Notes under the pieces: generated by a model
The model's database searches: none
Seen by the model: the letters and a program-made list of their open reading frames with translations, nothing else
What the model was told of the DNA's origin: nothing
Translations under genes and position numbers: made by a program
Shown: positions 8,050 through 16,118 of the stretch, piece after piece
Position numbering within the stretch: position 1 is the stretch's first letter
Layout of the letters: every line of letters begins with the position of its first letter
Virus record (IMG/VR): IMGVR_UViG_3300037420_000928
Span: 1 to 24,750 of that record
Strand: one strand, 5' to 3'
Length of the DNA: 24,750 nt
DNA from: a virus

Positions 8050-8749
8050 GATATCGGACGCAGCACGAGAGAGCGAAGCATCTTCAGCAGCAGCGCTCGC
8101 AGTGGTGGACGATAAAATCGACTATGTACCGATACCGTTGCCCGCTCCGCGCGACACGCCTCGTGTCAACCGCAAAGGTGCTCCGGCAAAGACACGAACC
8201 GACGTTGAAGAGGTGGCATTCGCGGCTTCCCCAACCACCGAGCTTATATCGCCTTTTGAAATACTGGTCGATAAAGCGCGTGCTAAGATACCAGCCAACC
8301 CCAAAGCCCTCTATGTGAAAGCCGACGGCAATGAAGAAATGGGCTGCATTGAAAGAAACCGTTTCCTTATGGGGGTACTACGTGACGTCAAATCGCGATA
8401 TCGTAGTGTCCCTATTGTTGATAGCGGCTATCGGTCTCCTGCTCATAATCGGGCTGTAAGCGGGGCGAAGAATTCTCTGCATATGCGCTGCTTGGCGCTC
8501 GACATCAAGGTCCCCGGCGTCAACAAGGACGCTCTGGCTTCCTATCTTCGCTCCTACCCGAGAATGGGCGGCGTCGGGCTCTATGCTAGCAATTTCGTGC
8601 ATTTCGACGCCGGTCCAAGGCGGGATTGGGACTGGCGGAAACCCCGGCACCGGGAACATCTGAAATCGCCCGTCGTCAAGGAGAAGCATAAATGGCAACA
8701 CCACAAACACGCCCAAACAAAGTACGGGCGGCCCAGACGGCGCAGGTAA
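7943..8749 (+). CDS. peptidase M15A (YcbK/DUF882-like) Zn peptidoglycan peptidase
   Basis: SGYRSPAHNRAVSGAKNSLH..ALDI and GVGLY..NFVHFD.GPRRDW motifs; short hydrophobic N-terminus. Confidence 0.85.
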   Translation: MAGVTCIAKIMFALVCEIHGADPEPTAFRLQEVKNEISDAARESEASSAAALAVVDDKIDYVPIPLPAPRDTPRVNRKGAPAKTRTDVEEVAFAASPTTELISPFEILVDKARAKIPANPKALYVKADGNEEMGCIERNRFLMGVLRDVKSRYRSVPIVDSGYRSPAHNRAVSGAKNSLHMRCLALDIKVPGVNKDALASYLRSYPRMGGVGLYASNFVHFDAGPRRDWDWRKPRHREHLKSPVVKEKHKWQHHKHAQTKYGRPRRRR

Positions 8750-8919
8750 TGCCCGGGGATGTAGTCACTATGAAAAGCGGCGGGCCGAACATGATGTGCG
8801 CCGAAATCCAGGAGGCAGACAACAGGTTCATTTCCTGCTACTGGTTTGACACGGAAGATCATCTGCAGTTCGGGGTGTTTTACCGCGACCACCTGGTTAA
8901 GATGGTGGACCCATCATGA
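8749..8919 (+). CDS. DUF2158 (YodC-like) protein
   Basis: GDVVTMKSGGPNM...CYWFD motif; TAATG overlap (ATG 8692 is an alternative start). Confidence 0.75.
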   Translation: MPGDVVTMKSGGPNMMCAEIQEADNRFISCYWFDTEDHLQFGVFYRDHLVKMVDPS

Positions 8920-9194
8920 AGACGATCCTCGACAATGAAGGCAATCGAAAGCTTTTTAAGCGGTGTCTGAACGTAAACTCCAATAGACAGAAATTGGTCA
9001 GGTCCTTTACGGTTAACGTGTGGCTCTACGGACCCGGCTACAGTTATGATGCTGGCTTTCATTATTATGGGCAGTTGAAAAGATTGGGCAAACAGAGCCC
9101 CCCTGTAAAACGCGCTGCTTTCCAGTCTGATCATTACCGGGAGAACGTCGGCTACCGCATCAGAATATGGCCGCACGGCCCTGATTTACCTTGA
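8916..9194 (+). CDS. hypothetical basic protein
   Basis: ATGA overlap; AT-richer codons. Confidence 0.5.
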   Translation: MKTILDNEGNRKLFKRCLNVNSNRQKLVRSFTVNVWLYGPGYSYDAGFHYYGQLKRLGKQSPPVKRAAFQSDHYRENVGYRIRIWPHGPDLP

Positions 9195-9219
9195 TCCTAA
9201 GCGGCTACCCCTCTATTCT
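9191..9219 (+). promoter_or_regulatory. sigma70-type promoter
   Basis: TTGATC-N17-TATTCT upstream of RBS GGAG and ATG 9254. Confidence 0.6.
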
Positions 9220-9253
9220 ACACCCTACAAATCACTGATACGGAGATCAGGAA

Positions 9254-9598
9254 ATGGGTGAAGCCAAGCGCAAGCGCGACAAGATGACCGAGGAACAACA
9301 GCGCCTCTACGCGCTGGAGAAGGAACTGGCCAACAAGGGCCTGTACATCAAGGCTGGCTGGATGGGGCTGCAGAAAATGTGGTGGCCGAATGGAGGCGCC
9401 CCCAAGGTTCAGCTTGAAGAAATGGAGAAAGCCTTTTTCGCCGGCTGCCTGCACATGTTCACCGGCATCGTCAACACCAGTGACCCGGATCGTGAACCGA
9501 CAGCGGCTGACATGCGCCGCATGGACCTGATGTGGGCCGAACTGGAAGAGTTCCGGGACAACGTCCTGTTGAAAATGACCACCGAGGGGACTGCCTGA
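9254..9598 (+). CDS. hypothetical phage protein
   Basis: MGEAKRKR N-terminus; strong codon bias. Confidence 0.8.
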   Translation: MGEAKRKRDKMTEEQQRLYALEKELANKGLYIKAGWMGLQKMWWPNGGAPKVQLEEMEKAFFAGCLHMFTGIVNTSDPDREPTAADMRRMDLMWAELEEFRDNVLLKMTTEGTA

Positions 9599-10095
9599 TG
9601 CAACAAATTGCACAGAACCATTGCGGTGGCTGCACCTATTGCTGTAAACTTTTGGGTATCAAGGAGATCAGCAAGCCCAAGGGACAATGGTGCCCGATGT
9701 GTCAGATCGGCGTGGGCTGCAAGGCCTATGAGGTCAAACCACCCTCATGCGCCGATTATGAGTGCGTCTGGCTGATGTCCCAGCGCGGCGACCAGCCCAT
9801 GCCGCTGCACATGCGGCCTGACAAGTCCAAGGTGGTGTTATCCGAACTCGGGGATCATGGCGTGGTCACGGCTCACGTCGAACCCACCCGACCGGATGCC
9901 TGGGAAGAACCGGAGATGTACGCTGTCATCAAGATGATTGCCTTGCACACGAAGGTCGTCATCGACAACGGTAAGGGCAACACCAAAATTCTGATCCAGA
10001 ACGCGGGCAGCGGCTATTCGGTTACCAAGCGGACGATAACCATGTCGGAGCCCGATGAAAACGGCATCCAGCACTACGACCCGGAGAAGCAATAA
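9598..10095 (+). CDS. YkgJ-like CxxCxxCC cysteine-cluster protein
   Basis: CGGCTYCCK, WCPMC, GCKAYE.KP.SC..YECVWL and RPDKS motifs; TGATG overlap. Confidence 0.75.
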   Translation: MQQIAQNHCGGCTYCCKLLGIKEISKPKGQWCPMCQIGVGCKAYEVKPPSCADYECVWLMSQRGDQPMPLHMRPDKSKVVLSELGDHGVVTAHVEPTRPDAWEEPEMYAVIKMIALHTKVVIDNGKGNTKILIQNAGSGYSVTKRTITMSEPDENGIQHYDPEKQ

Positions 10096-10328
10096 TGGCT
10101 GACTTCTGCAAACAATGCAGTCTTGTGGAACTCGGGGAGGATTTTGGCGATCTGGCCAACCTCTCCCCGGGGGATACCAACTACTATGTGGTCGCGCTAT
10201 GTGAAGGCTGCGGGCCGATCGTCGTCAACGAGCACGGTGAGTGCCAATCGGAGGACTGCATCCATGAGCACGGGAAAAAAGAAAAAGCACAAGAAGAGCG
10301 TGCCGGAACTCCTGAAGCCAAAGATTGA
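10095..10328 (+). CDS. Cys-rich small phage protein
   Basis: MADFCKQCS...LCEGCG...C....C; TAATG overlap. Confidence 0.7.
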   Translation: MADFCKQCSLVELGEDFGDLANLSPGDTNYYVVALCEGCGPIVVNEHGECQSEDCIHEHGKKEKAQEERAGTPEAKD

Positions 10329-10743
10329 CGCGGTCATTGCCAGTCACGGGCGGTATCTTCAGGGCGTCTTCCCGACTGGCGACAATCCCCAAGGCGCGTC
10401 GTTCATCTATACCATTGGCAACCATCTCAAAAATCTGCCGGAGTTCCTTTGCATCGGCCGGTTTGCCCCCAACGCAATGGCCGAAGGCCTGAACGTCATC
10501 AGCGCCCTGCAGGAGCACCACGGAAAACCGTTTGCTGAAGGCGCCTTGATCGACCTCGGCGGGCAGGTTCCTGTCAAGGTGAGGAAGTGCACCGATGCTG
10601 TCAAGTCTGAATTCACCATTCAGGCCGGACAGTATTTCAAGTCTGAAGACTACGAGGTCTATCAGATGCTGATCCCCGATATCGACGGACTGTACCCCGA
10701 CGATCCACAATGCCACCCCAGCTTTAAGGTAGTCTTGCCATGA
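10264..10743 (+). CDS. DUF4262-like protein
   Basis: FIYTIGN...LPEFLCIG and YQMLIPDIDGLYPDD motifs; RBS GGAGG before ATG 10264. Confidence 0.75.
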   Translation: MSTGKKKKHKKSVPELLKPKIDAVIASHGRYLQGVFPTGDNPQGASFIYTIGNHLKNLPEFLCIGRFAPNAMAEGLNVISALQEHHGKPFAEGALIDLGGQVPVKVRKCTDAVKSEFTIQAGQYFKSEDYEVYQMLIPDIDGLYPDDPQCHPSFKVVLP

Positions 10744-11249
10744 ACAACGATGAAGAAGCCAGAAACGCCTATTGCCTCAATCGGGCGGTCGAGAAATACG
10801 GTCCCTCAGGGCTTGTTTCCCGTCAAGCACAGATCGGAGCCGCCAGACTGCTGGCCCGGCTGGACATGATTGAGCCAGAGCAGTTCAACATGGCAGACTA
10901 TCTGTCGGTCAAGGGAGGTGGTCTTGTTTTTCATAGCTGCCTGATGAGCACGGTTGATGAAAAGGTGACTGGAGATCACCTGTGCGGGACAGCCGCTTGT
11001 CTGGCGGGATGGACAGCGGTAGAGCAGCTTGCCTTCAGCCCGGATTACACCACCAATTTCGTTGAGGACGCTGCCAAAGACTTTCTGGGTCTCAACAGGG
11101 TTGAAGCACACGCCCTTTTCACCCCCTATGGGTTTGCGACGAACGAAGGTTATACGCTCAAGCGAGGGAAAGCGGTGATGATCCATTTCTGGCGCACCGG
11201 GCATATTGCGTGGCATCTTGCGTTGAAAGACGAACTGCCCTACGAGTAA
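10740..11249 (+). CDS. hypothetical phage protein (CGTAACLAGW motif)
   Basis: ATGA overlap; motif typical of uncharacterised phage proteins. Confidence 0.7.
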   Translation: MNNDEEARNAYCLNRAVEKYGPSGLVSRQAQIGAARLLARLDMIEPEQFNMADYLSVKGGGLVFHSCLMSTVDEKVTGDHLCGTAACLAGWTAVEQLAFSPDYTTNFVEDAAKDFLGLNRVEAHALFTPYGFATNEGYTLKRGKAVMIHFWRTGHIAWHLALKDELPYE

Positions 11250-11272
11250 GAGCCAAGCACGGAGGCTGGGGA

Positions 11273-11512
11273 ATGCGCGGAAGAATGCGGCGGTACGGGA
11301 TCATCCACGATAAGCGGTGGATTGACCCGAATGGGTTTCCCATCACGCTGGGGGAAATGCTCATGGACCTGGAGCATTCGACGTTCAAATACAAAGGTGA
11401 GGCGGTCACAGCCTGCCGGGACATTAACAAGTCGATACCGGCAGGACATAACCGCTGCTACGCGGCGCTGATCTGGATCGACGTTTCAGGCATGAGAGCA
11501 GGGAAAAACTGA
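11273..11512 (+). CDS. hypothetical protein
   Basis: ORF 11210-11512 trimmed to ATG 11273 after GGAGG. Confidence 0.55.
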   Translation: MRGRMRRYGIIHDKRWIDPNGFPITLGEMLMDLEHSTFKYKGEAVTACRDINKSIPAGHNRCYAALIWIDVSGMRAGKN

Positions 11513-11742
11513 TGAAACTCTTCATCCAAGTCAAGAAGGCCAAGGTCGAGGCGCCGAAGAAGAACCCGGTCCCGGCTTATGTGTCGATGGACCTCAGCCT
11601 TGTCGGGGTTACGCCCCGTGAATGTAAGGCGTGCGGGCACATCTACGTCCAGCCGTGCGACGGCAAGGATACCTGCCCCAATATGGCTGGCAAACAGCCG
11701 CCGAAGAAGAAGGCCTTCATCTTCAAGAAGTCTGGTCAATAA
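11512..11742 (+). CDS. Lys/Pro-rich zinc-finger-like protein
   Basis: CKACG...C.....C; TGATG overlap. Confidence 0.7.
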   Translation: MKLFIQVKKAKVEAPKKNPVPAYVSMDLSLVGVTPRECKACGHIYVQPCDGKDTCPNMAGKQPPKKKAFIFKKSGQ

Positions 11743-11748
11743 TAGGGA

Positions 11749-11778
11749 TTGACTTCTATAGGTTTTACAACTTAGATA
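11749..11778 (+). promoter_or_regulatory. probable promoter
   Basis: TTGACT -35 box in an AT-rich gap; the -10 box is imperfect (TTAGAT/TAGATA). Confidence 0.4.
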
Positions 11779-11818
11779 GACCATAACCGATCACTGATCT
11801 CGACGGAGTGAGATAGCG

Positions 11819-12067
11819 ATGAAAACGGTCTATGTGACCACGGACGCCATTCCAAGGACGTCCCTCCAAGCTTTGCCAGATGGGTTCGAACTGACCTACA
11901 GCAGGTTTACCGGCTGGCAGCTATGGTTCCACTCCGAGGATAGTGACAACAGCCTGAAGAGTGCCCTTCTGGCTGAGGAGAGCCCCGCCAGGGGTGACAA
12001 GGGGCTGCGCTTGGAGACGGACGATTATGTCCTGTGCGACAGCTTGAGGGCACGCAACACCAACTGA
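11819..12067 (+). CDS. hypothetical protein
   Basis: RBS GGAG; first gene after the putative promoter. Confidence 0.65.
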   Translation: MKTVYVTTDAIPRTSLQALPDGFELTYSRFTGWQLWFHSEDSDNSLKSALLAEESPARGDKGLRLETDDYVLCDSLRARNTN

Positions 12068-12080
12068 GAAAGGGTTAGCC

Positions 12081-12476
12081 ATGAAAGAAGGCTACATCAG
12101 TGAAGAAGAGCAGAAGTTGAGCAACGAGATCGGTCAGCGGGTGCGTCAGGTCCGGCTTATGCGGGGGATGTCCCAGGAAAAGCTGGGGGAGGCCGTCGGC
12201 ATCACCTTCCAGCAAATACAGAAATACGAGAACGGCAAGAACCGGATCAGCGCCGCCAAGCTGCTGCTGTTCGCCCGCGTGCTGCAGGTGACGGTGGACG
12301 ACTTCTACGGCCAGGACGGCAACGGGGTGTCGATCGAGAAGGACATCGCCTCGTTCAGCCCCAAGGCCCTGACGCTGGGGAAGCTGGTCACCGGCTTGTC
12401 CGAGCCCCACCAATCGGTTATCCTGACCATCGCCCGAACCATCGCAAGGACCCCCGGCCTTGAAATTGCTGCTTAG
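12081..12476 (+). CDS. XRE-family HTH transcriptional regulator (alphaproteobacterial type)
   Basis: IGQRVRQVRLMRGMSQEKLGEAVGITFQQIQKYENGKNRISAAKL. Confidence 0.9.
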   Translation: MKEGYISEEEQKLSNEIGQRVRQVRLMRGMSQEKLGEAVGITFQQIQKYENGKNRISAAKLLLFARVLQVTVDDFYGQDGNGVSIEKDIASFSPKALTLGKLVTGLSEPHQSVILTIARTIARTPGLEIAA

Positions 12477-12705
12477 ACGCAACGAAGCACCGAAGCCCCT
12501 TGTCTTCGCGCCTAAGACGGCGCCTGCCAGGGGGCAATGCGGAACCTGCAAGAACTGGTCACGTACCTCCCCCGTTCCTGAAAGACTTCAGGGGCGGGGA
12601 TTGGCGTGGTGCCTTAGCTGTTCCGCTTACACCCCCAAAGACGCTTCCTGCGGCCGGTACGCCAAGGAGCAGGGGGTGACCCGCTATAAACCCGATCCAG
12701 CTTGA
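12460..12705 (+). CDS. Cys-rich hypothetical protein
   Basis: TTG start; CGTCKNW...WCLSC...SC. Confidence 0.55.
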   Translation: MKLLLRRNEAPKPLVFAPKTAPARGQCGTCKNWSRTSPVPERLQGRGLAWCLSCSAYTPKDASCGRYAKEQGVTRYKPDPA

Positions 12706-12938
12706 CGGAGGCCCCCCATGAGCGCTATACCTGTCACCGTGAAGTTCCTATCTGGAGCATGGTGGACGTGGCTGACTTGGACCGCAAGAAGCAAGAGGAG
12801 GAAGGCGGTCGTCCGGCTCCGGGTTTCTACGATCCGATGGAAGCACGGAGAGCGCCTGCTTTTGACGATTTGATGTGGCCAGTGCAATATGTTGCACCGG
12901 GTCATGTCAGTGACCGGGAGAAAAACAACATTTCATAA
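12702..12938 (+). CDS. hypothetical protein
   Basis: TTGA overlap start; fills the gap. Confidence 0.4.
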   Translation: MTEAPHERYTCHREVPIWSMVDVADLDRKKQEEEGGRPAPGFYDPMEARRAPAFDDLMWPVQYVAPGHVSDREKNNIS

Positions 12939-12991
12939 GTACGGCTGATCTGGAGTACCTTCCGCCAACTGATTGGCGAAGGAAGTTTGGA

Positions 12992-13264
12992 ATGGCCGTA
13001 TTCTTTGTTAGGTTCAAAGCGCTAGACCCGGCGAGGAACAAACCGTACTTCGCCAACATGGAAATGCCCTTTGACAATGTTGCGGATGCACTGGAAGCCC
13101 TGAAATCAGATAGCCCCTTGGTGGTCAAGCGTTACTTCGCAGTGCGCAAGGCCGGGGAGCCGAATACTCTGATCGTCCAGAATGTGGAAGAGCGGACCTT
13201 GAACTTGGATGACGTTGCAGTCCTAAGTCTATCCAGGTTCAATTTCGACTTTAATGGAAAATAA
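12992..13264 (+). CDS. hypothetical protein
   Basis: RBS AAGGA; 90-aa ORF packed against the next gene. Confidence 0.65.
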   Translation: MAVFFVRFKALDPARNKPYFANMEMPFDNVADALEALKSDSPLVVKRYFAVRKAGEPNTLIVQNVEERTLNLDDVAVLSLSRFNFDFNGK

Positions 13265-13267
13265 GCG

Positions 13268-13747
13268 ATGAAGCTGTTTATTAAGAAGGCGGCTCCCACC
13301 CCCGCCCCACCGCCGACGCCAGCGCCTAAACCCACCATCCGGGGGTTGATATTCAAAAAACCGGTGCAGCAACCCATAAAAGCGGTTGCATCTGAAATAA
13401 CAAATGCTAAAAATGGGAACCTTGACGAGCTTGCCGCGTTTGATATTGGTAACTCTAGGAACTGCCTAGTGCCGTGGTATCTGATGGCCAGCTATCTGTA
13501 TTACGTGCGGGATGTTTCACTACTTTCAGACGGGTACTACGATCGTATCTGTCATGAGCTTAACGATAACTTTAAGCAGATTAAGCACTGGCATAAGCAT
13601 CTGGTGGACCAGAAGCAACTAGACGCCGGGACCGGCTTTAGACTTCGGTTTGACCAGTTTCCGTCCAGGATAATCAGCGCTGCTAACACGTTGGCACATG
13701 AGGTCCTGGGCGTCCCGTATCCGGGACAACCAAAGGAGAAGGAGTGA
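13268..13747 (+). CDS. stand-alone NAD-dependent DNA ligase subdomain Ia-like protein
   Basis: SYLYYVRDVSLLSDGYYDRICHEL matches the LigA Ia pattern YYxxDxPxxSDxEYD. There is no KxDG adenylation motif. Confidence 0.65.
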   Translation: MKLFIKKAAPTPAPPPTPAPKPTIRGLIFKKPVQQPIKAVASEITNAKNGNLDELAAFDIGNSRNCLVPWYLMASYLYYVRDVSLLSDGYYDRICHELNDNFKQIKHWHKHLVDQKQLDAGTGFRLRFDQFPSRIISAANTLAHEVLGVPYPGQPKEKE

Positions 13748-13857
13748 TGCCTCGCTCGCATAACTCTGCAGCCAAGAGTGTTCTCACCGCCGTGGAGGCT
13801 CTTGGAATAGGCCTGATCGTGTTGATCCTGATATTTCAATTCAGGCTGCTTATCTAA
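13747..13857 (+). CDS. 36-aa single-TM peptide (not in the ORF track)
   Basis: TGATG overlap after AAGGAG; ALGIGLIVLILIFQFRLLI hydrophobic stretch. Confidence 0.45.
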   Translation: MPRSHNSAAKSVLTAVEALGIGLIVLILIFQFRLLI

Positions 13858-13904
13858 CTTTTAAATTGTATCCAGGGTCAACATTCGATAAACTAACCCC
13901 TGAC

Positions 13905-14522
13905 ATGAAAACCACGGAGGGTTTCTTGACAGGGGTTATTGCTATCGACAATCCACAGTTCCTGACCTTGATCTGCGATGCTTCCTTTCAGGAGGAAACC
14001 GGTGCGGCGGGGTGGGGAGCCTGGGCTAAAATATCCACATGGCCGAGGGGTTATTTCTTCGGAGGCCCATTCCAATCTCAGATGCCGACCGTCCAGATGG
14101 CAGAACTCTGCGGGCTCGCCAATGCCGCCTACATCCTCAGCAAGGAAGGGCGACTGGAGGGGGTGACCCGGATCATGATGCAGTGCGACAACATGCATGC
14201 GCTGCAGATGGTCAAGTATTTCGTCAAGGGGACGATCACAGCCAGCGCCCGGGATGCCAACGTCCATAACCTGAAACCGAGGACGGCGCGGCTGGCCTAT
14301 ACCGGACTGGCGGTGACGGCCCTGGACAAGATCAACCACATTGCCGAGAAGCATGGGCTGGTATTCAGCCTTCGGCATGTGAAGGGCCATCATCGCAGCA
14401 AGCAAGGACCTTACTGGGTCAACGAGCAGTGCGACCATATCGCGGCGGAGGCTTTGGCTCAGCACCCGCATTACGTGGAAACAGCAGCCAGAGCCAAGAA
14501 ACTGAGAAGGATTAGACGATGA
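13905..14522 (+). CDS. ribonuclease HI-like protein
   Basis: ICDASF..GWG, AELCGL, QCDN, RHVKGH and NEQCDHIA give the DEDD residues plus His. Start is uncertain (13866-13926). Confidence 0.85.
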   Translation: MKTTEGFLTGVIAIDNPQFLTLICDASFQEETGAAGWGAWAKISTWPRGYFFGGPFQSQMPTVQMAELCGLANAAYILSKEGRLEGVTRIMMQCDNMHALQMVKYFVKGTITASARDANVHNLKPRTARLAYTGLAVTALDKINHIAEKHGLVFSLRHVKGHHRSKQGPYWVNEQCDHIAAEALAQHPHYVETAARAKKLRRIRR

Positions 14523-14866
14523 GCGAGCTACGGGGCAAAGCCCTAGCCGACCTGCTGAACGACGTGCCGGCTATGGTGGAAAACTATGTGCCGGCCGAAA
14601 ACCGGGAAAAGGTTGGCAAAGCCGCAGGACTGATGGTGACGAGTGTGCAGGCGGCTGTAATCGCCGGTAATCTCTCGGATCAAGACGTGTTGCACGGCTG
14701 CATGACGATTATCGCGGCGGCGATCGTCCTTCCCGGAAAGGGAATGATCCCCAAGGACTTGGAGGAGCAGGTTACCCACTGGACTAGCGAATATGCGGAG
14801 TGTTTCGCAGACGCGGTCAACAAGGGCAAGATGCAGACACACAACGGCAATAACGCTGTCAATTAA
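14519..14866 (+). CDS. hypothetical protein
   Basis: ATGA overlap. Confidence 0.7.
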   Translation: MSELRGKALADLLNDVPAMVENYVPAENREKVGKAAGLMVTSVQAAVIAGNLSDQDVLHGCMTIIAAAIVLPGKGMIPKDLEEQVTHWTSEYAECFADAVNKGKMQTHNGNNAVN

Positions 14867-14975
14867 AAGTTTGCTCACAAGGCAAATGATGGATTGACTT
14901 TTGCACCGCATTCGAGGATTTATCTGAACGTTATCGGATGCGGTGCAATTTATTGCATAAGACACGGAAGTCGGA

Positions 14976-15437
14976 ATGCACGGGCACAAGGTACTTCATA
15001 CAGGTAATATCGTGACCAGCGAAGCAAAGGAATTCTTCGCGGAGGCAGTTTCGAAGGGGTTGGTGGCGGCTGAAGACAGGCAGTTCCTGGTTGACGTAGG
15101 AGCCACGACTACCGCGTTTTATGCGATAACGGCGAAAGGCGAGGTGGTGGGAATTCTGGCCTACCGCCTGCAGGAACAAACGGCAAAGGTCACAGTGATC
15201 TATGTCGAGGAAACGTCGAGGCGCCTCGGCATTTCCGATTTACTGTTTGACACCCTGAAGGGTTATTTGCGACGCTATGGAGTGGCGGAACTCCTGATCG
15301 ACGTGCCCAACACGGAAGAGACGGTCCTGGCTGATTTGATCGAGAAAAAGCACAACGGGTTTATAGCCTCATACCGGTACATCATGGACTTGAGTGATGG
15401 GGTTAACGATGACGAGCTTCTGGGGCAATCTGGCTAA
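14976..15437 (+). CDS. GNAT-family acetyltransferase
   Basis: GEVVGILAY...IYVEETSRRLGISDLLF acetyl-CoA-binding motif A. Confidence 0.75.
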   Translation: MHGHKVLHTGNIVTSEAKEFFAEAVSKGLVAAEDRQFLVDVGATTTAFYAITAKGEVVGILAYRLQEQTAKVTVIYVEETSRRLGISDLLFDTLKGYLRRYGVAELLIDVPNTEETVLADLIEKKHNGFIASYRYIMDLSDGVNDDELLGQSG

Positions 15438-15702
15438 AGGTCTGCGGGAGAGCCAAAAAATCTCTCAGCGCAGGCTGGCGTCCAAGGCGGGAATAAATCG
15501 GGCGACGTTGCGCAAACTGGAGCGCGGGGAACCCGGAGTGGCGATCGAGGTGGTGGAGATCGTTTTCAACATGCTGGGTTACGAGCTAGATGCGATCGTA
15601 GCCGAGAACAGACCACAAGTGATCAGCCGGCACAATGCCATTTTCGATGATCCCGACAGCCGGTCTAAACTGGCGATGGATCGTCTGCTGAATATTCGCT
15701 GA
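15409..15702 (+). CDS. XRE-family HTH regulator (HipB-like)
   Basis: LRESQKISQRRLASKAGINRATLRKLERGEP...LGYEL. Start is 15394-15409. Confidence 0.8.
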   Translation: MTSFWGNLAKGLRESQKISQRRLASKAGINRATLRKLERGEPGVAIEVVEIVFNMLGYELDAIVAENRPQVISRHNAIFDDPDSRSKLAMDRLLNIR

Positions 15703-15716
15703 AACGGATACTTTTC

Positions 15717-15745
15717 CTTGTTTCGAAGCCCTAAACCTCTATACT
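15717..15745 (+). promoter_or_regulatory. sigma70-type promoter of the sugar-enzyme operon
   Basis: cTTGTTT-N16-TATACT upstream of RBS AAGGAGG and ATG 15783. Confidence 0.55.
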
Positions 15746-15782
15746 CGGGGGATGACAAATCACGACATCCAAGGAGGGATGC

Positions 15783-16118
15783 ATGATCAAGATCGTCTCA
15801 TTTTCCTACAAGAACAAACCCCAATTCGACCCCAAGACCACGTTGGAGATCGATTGCCGTTCGATGGCCAATCCTCATCACGTCGACATCCTCCAGCCCC
15901 TGGACGGGCGGGATTTGGCGGTGCAGGAATGGCTTCGTGAGCGCGAGGACATCGACCGCAAGATCAGAAATGCACGTCAAGCCTTGACCATGGGGTTTAC
16001 CACGGTAGCCTATGGATGCTACGGCGGGAAGCACCGAAGCGTGGCAATGGCTGAGATGCTGAGCCGGGAACTCACAGGCCTGGGCATCGAAACTGCAGTG
16101 GAGCACACAGCCCTATGA
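15783..16118 (+). CDS. stand-alone RapZ (YhbJ/YvcJ) C-terminal domain protein
   Basis: IVSFSYK, IDCRSMANPH, LDGRD.AVQEW and AYGCYGGKHRSVAMAEML match RapZ SFGFK, DVRFLPNP and GCTGGKHRSV. Confidence 0.85.
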   Translation: MIKIVSFSYKNKPQFDPKTTLEIDCRSMANPHHVDILQPLDGRDLAVQEWLREREDIDRKIRNARQALTMGFTTVAYGCYGGKHRSVAMAEMLSRELTGLGIETAVEHTAL

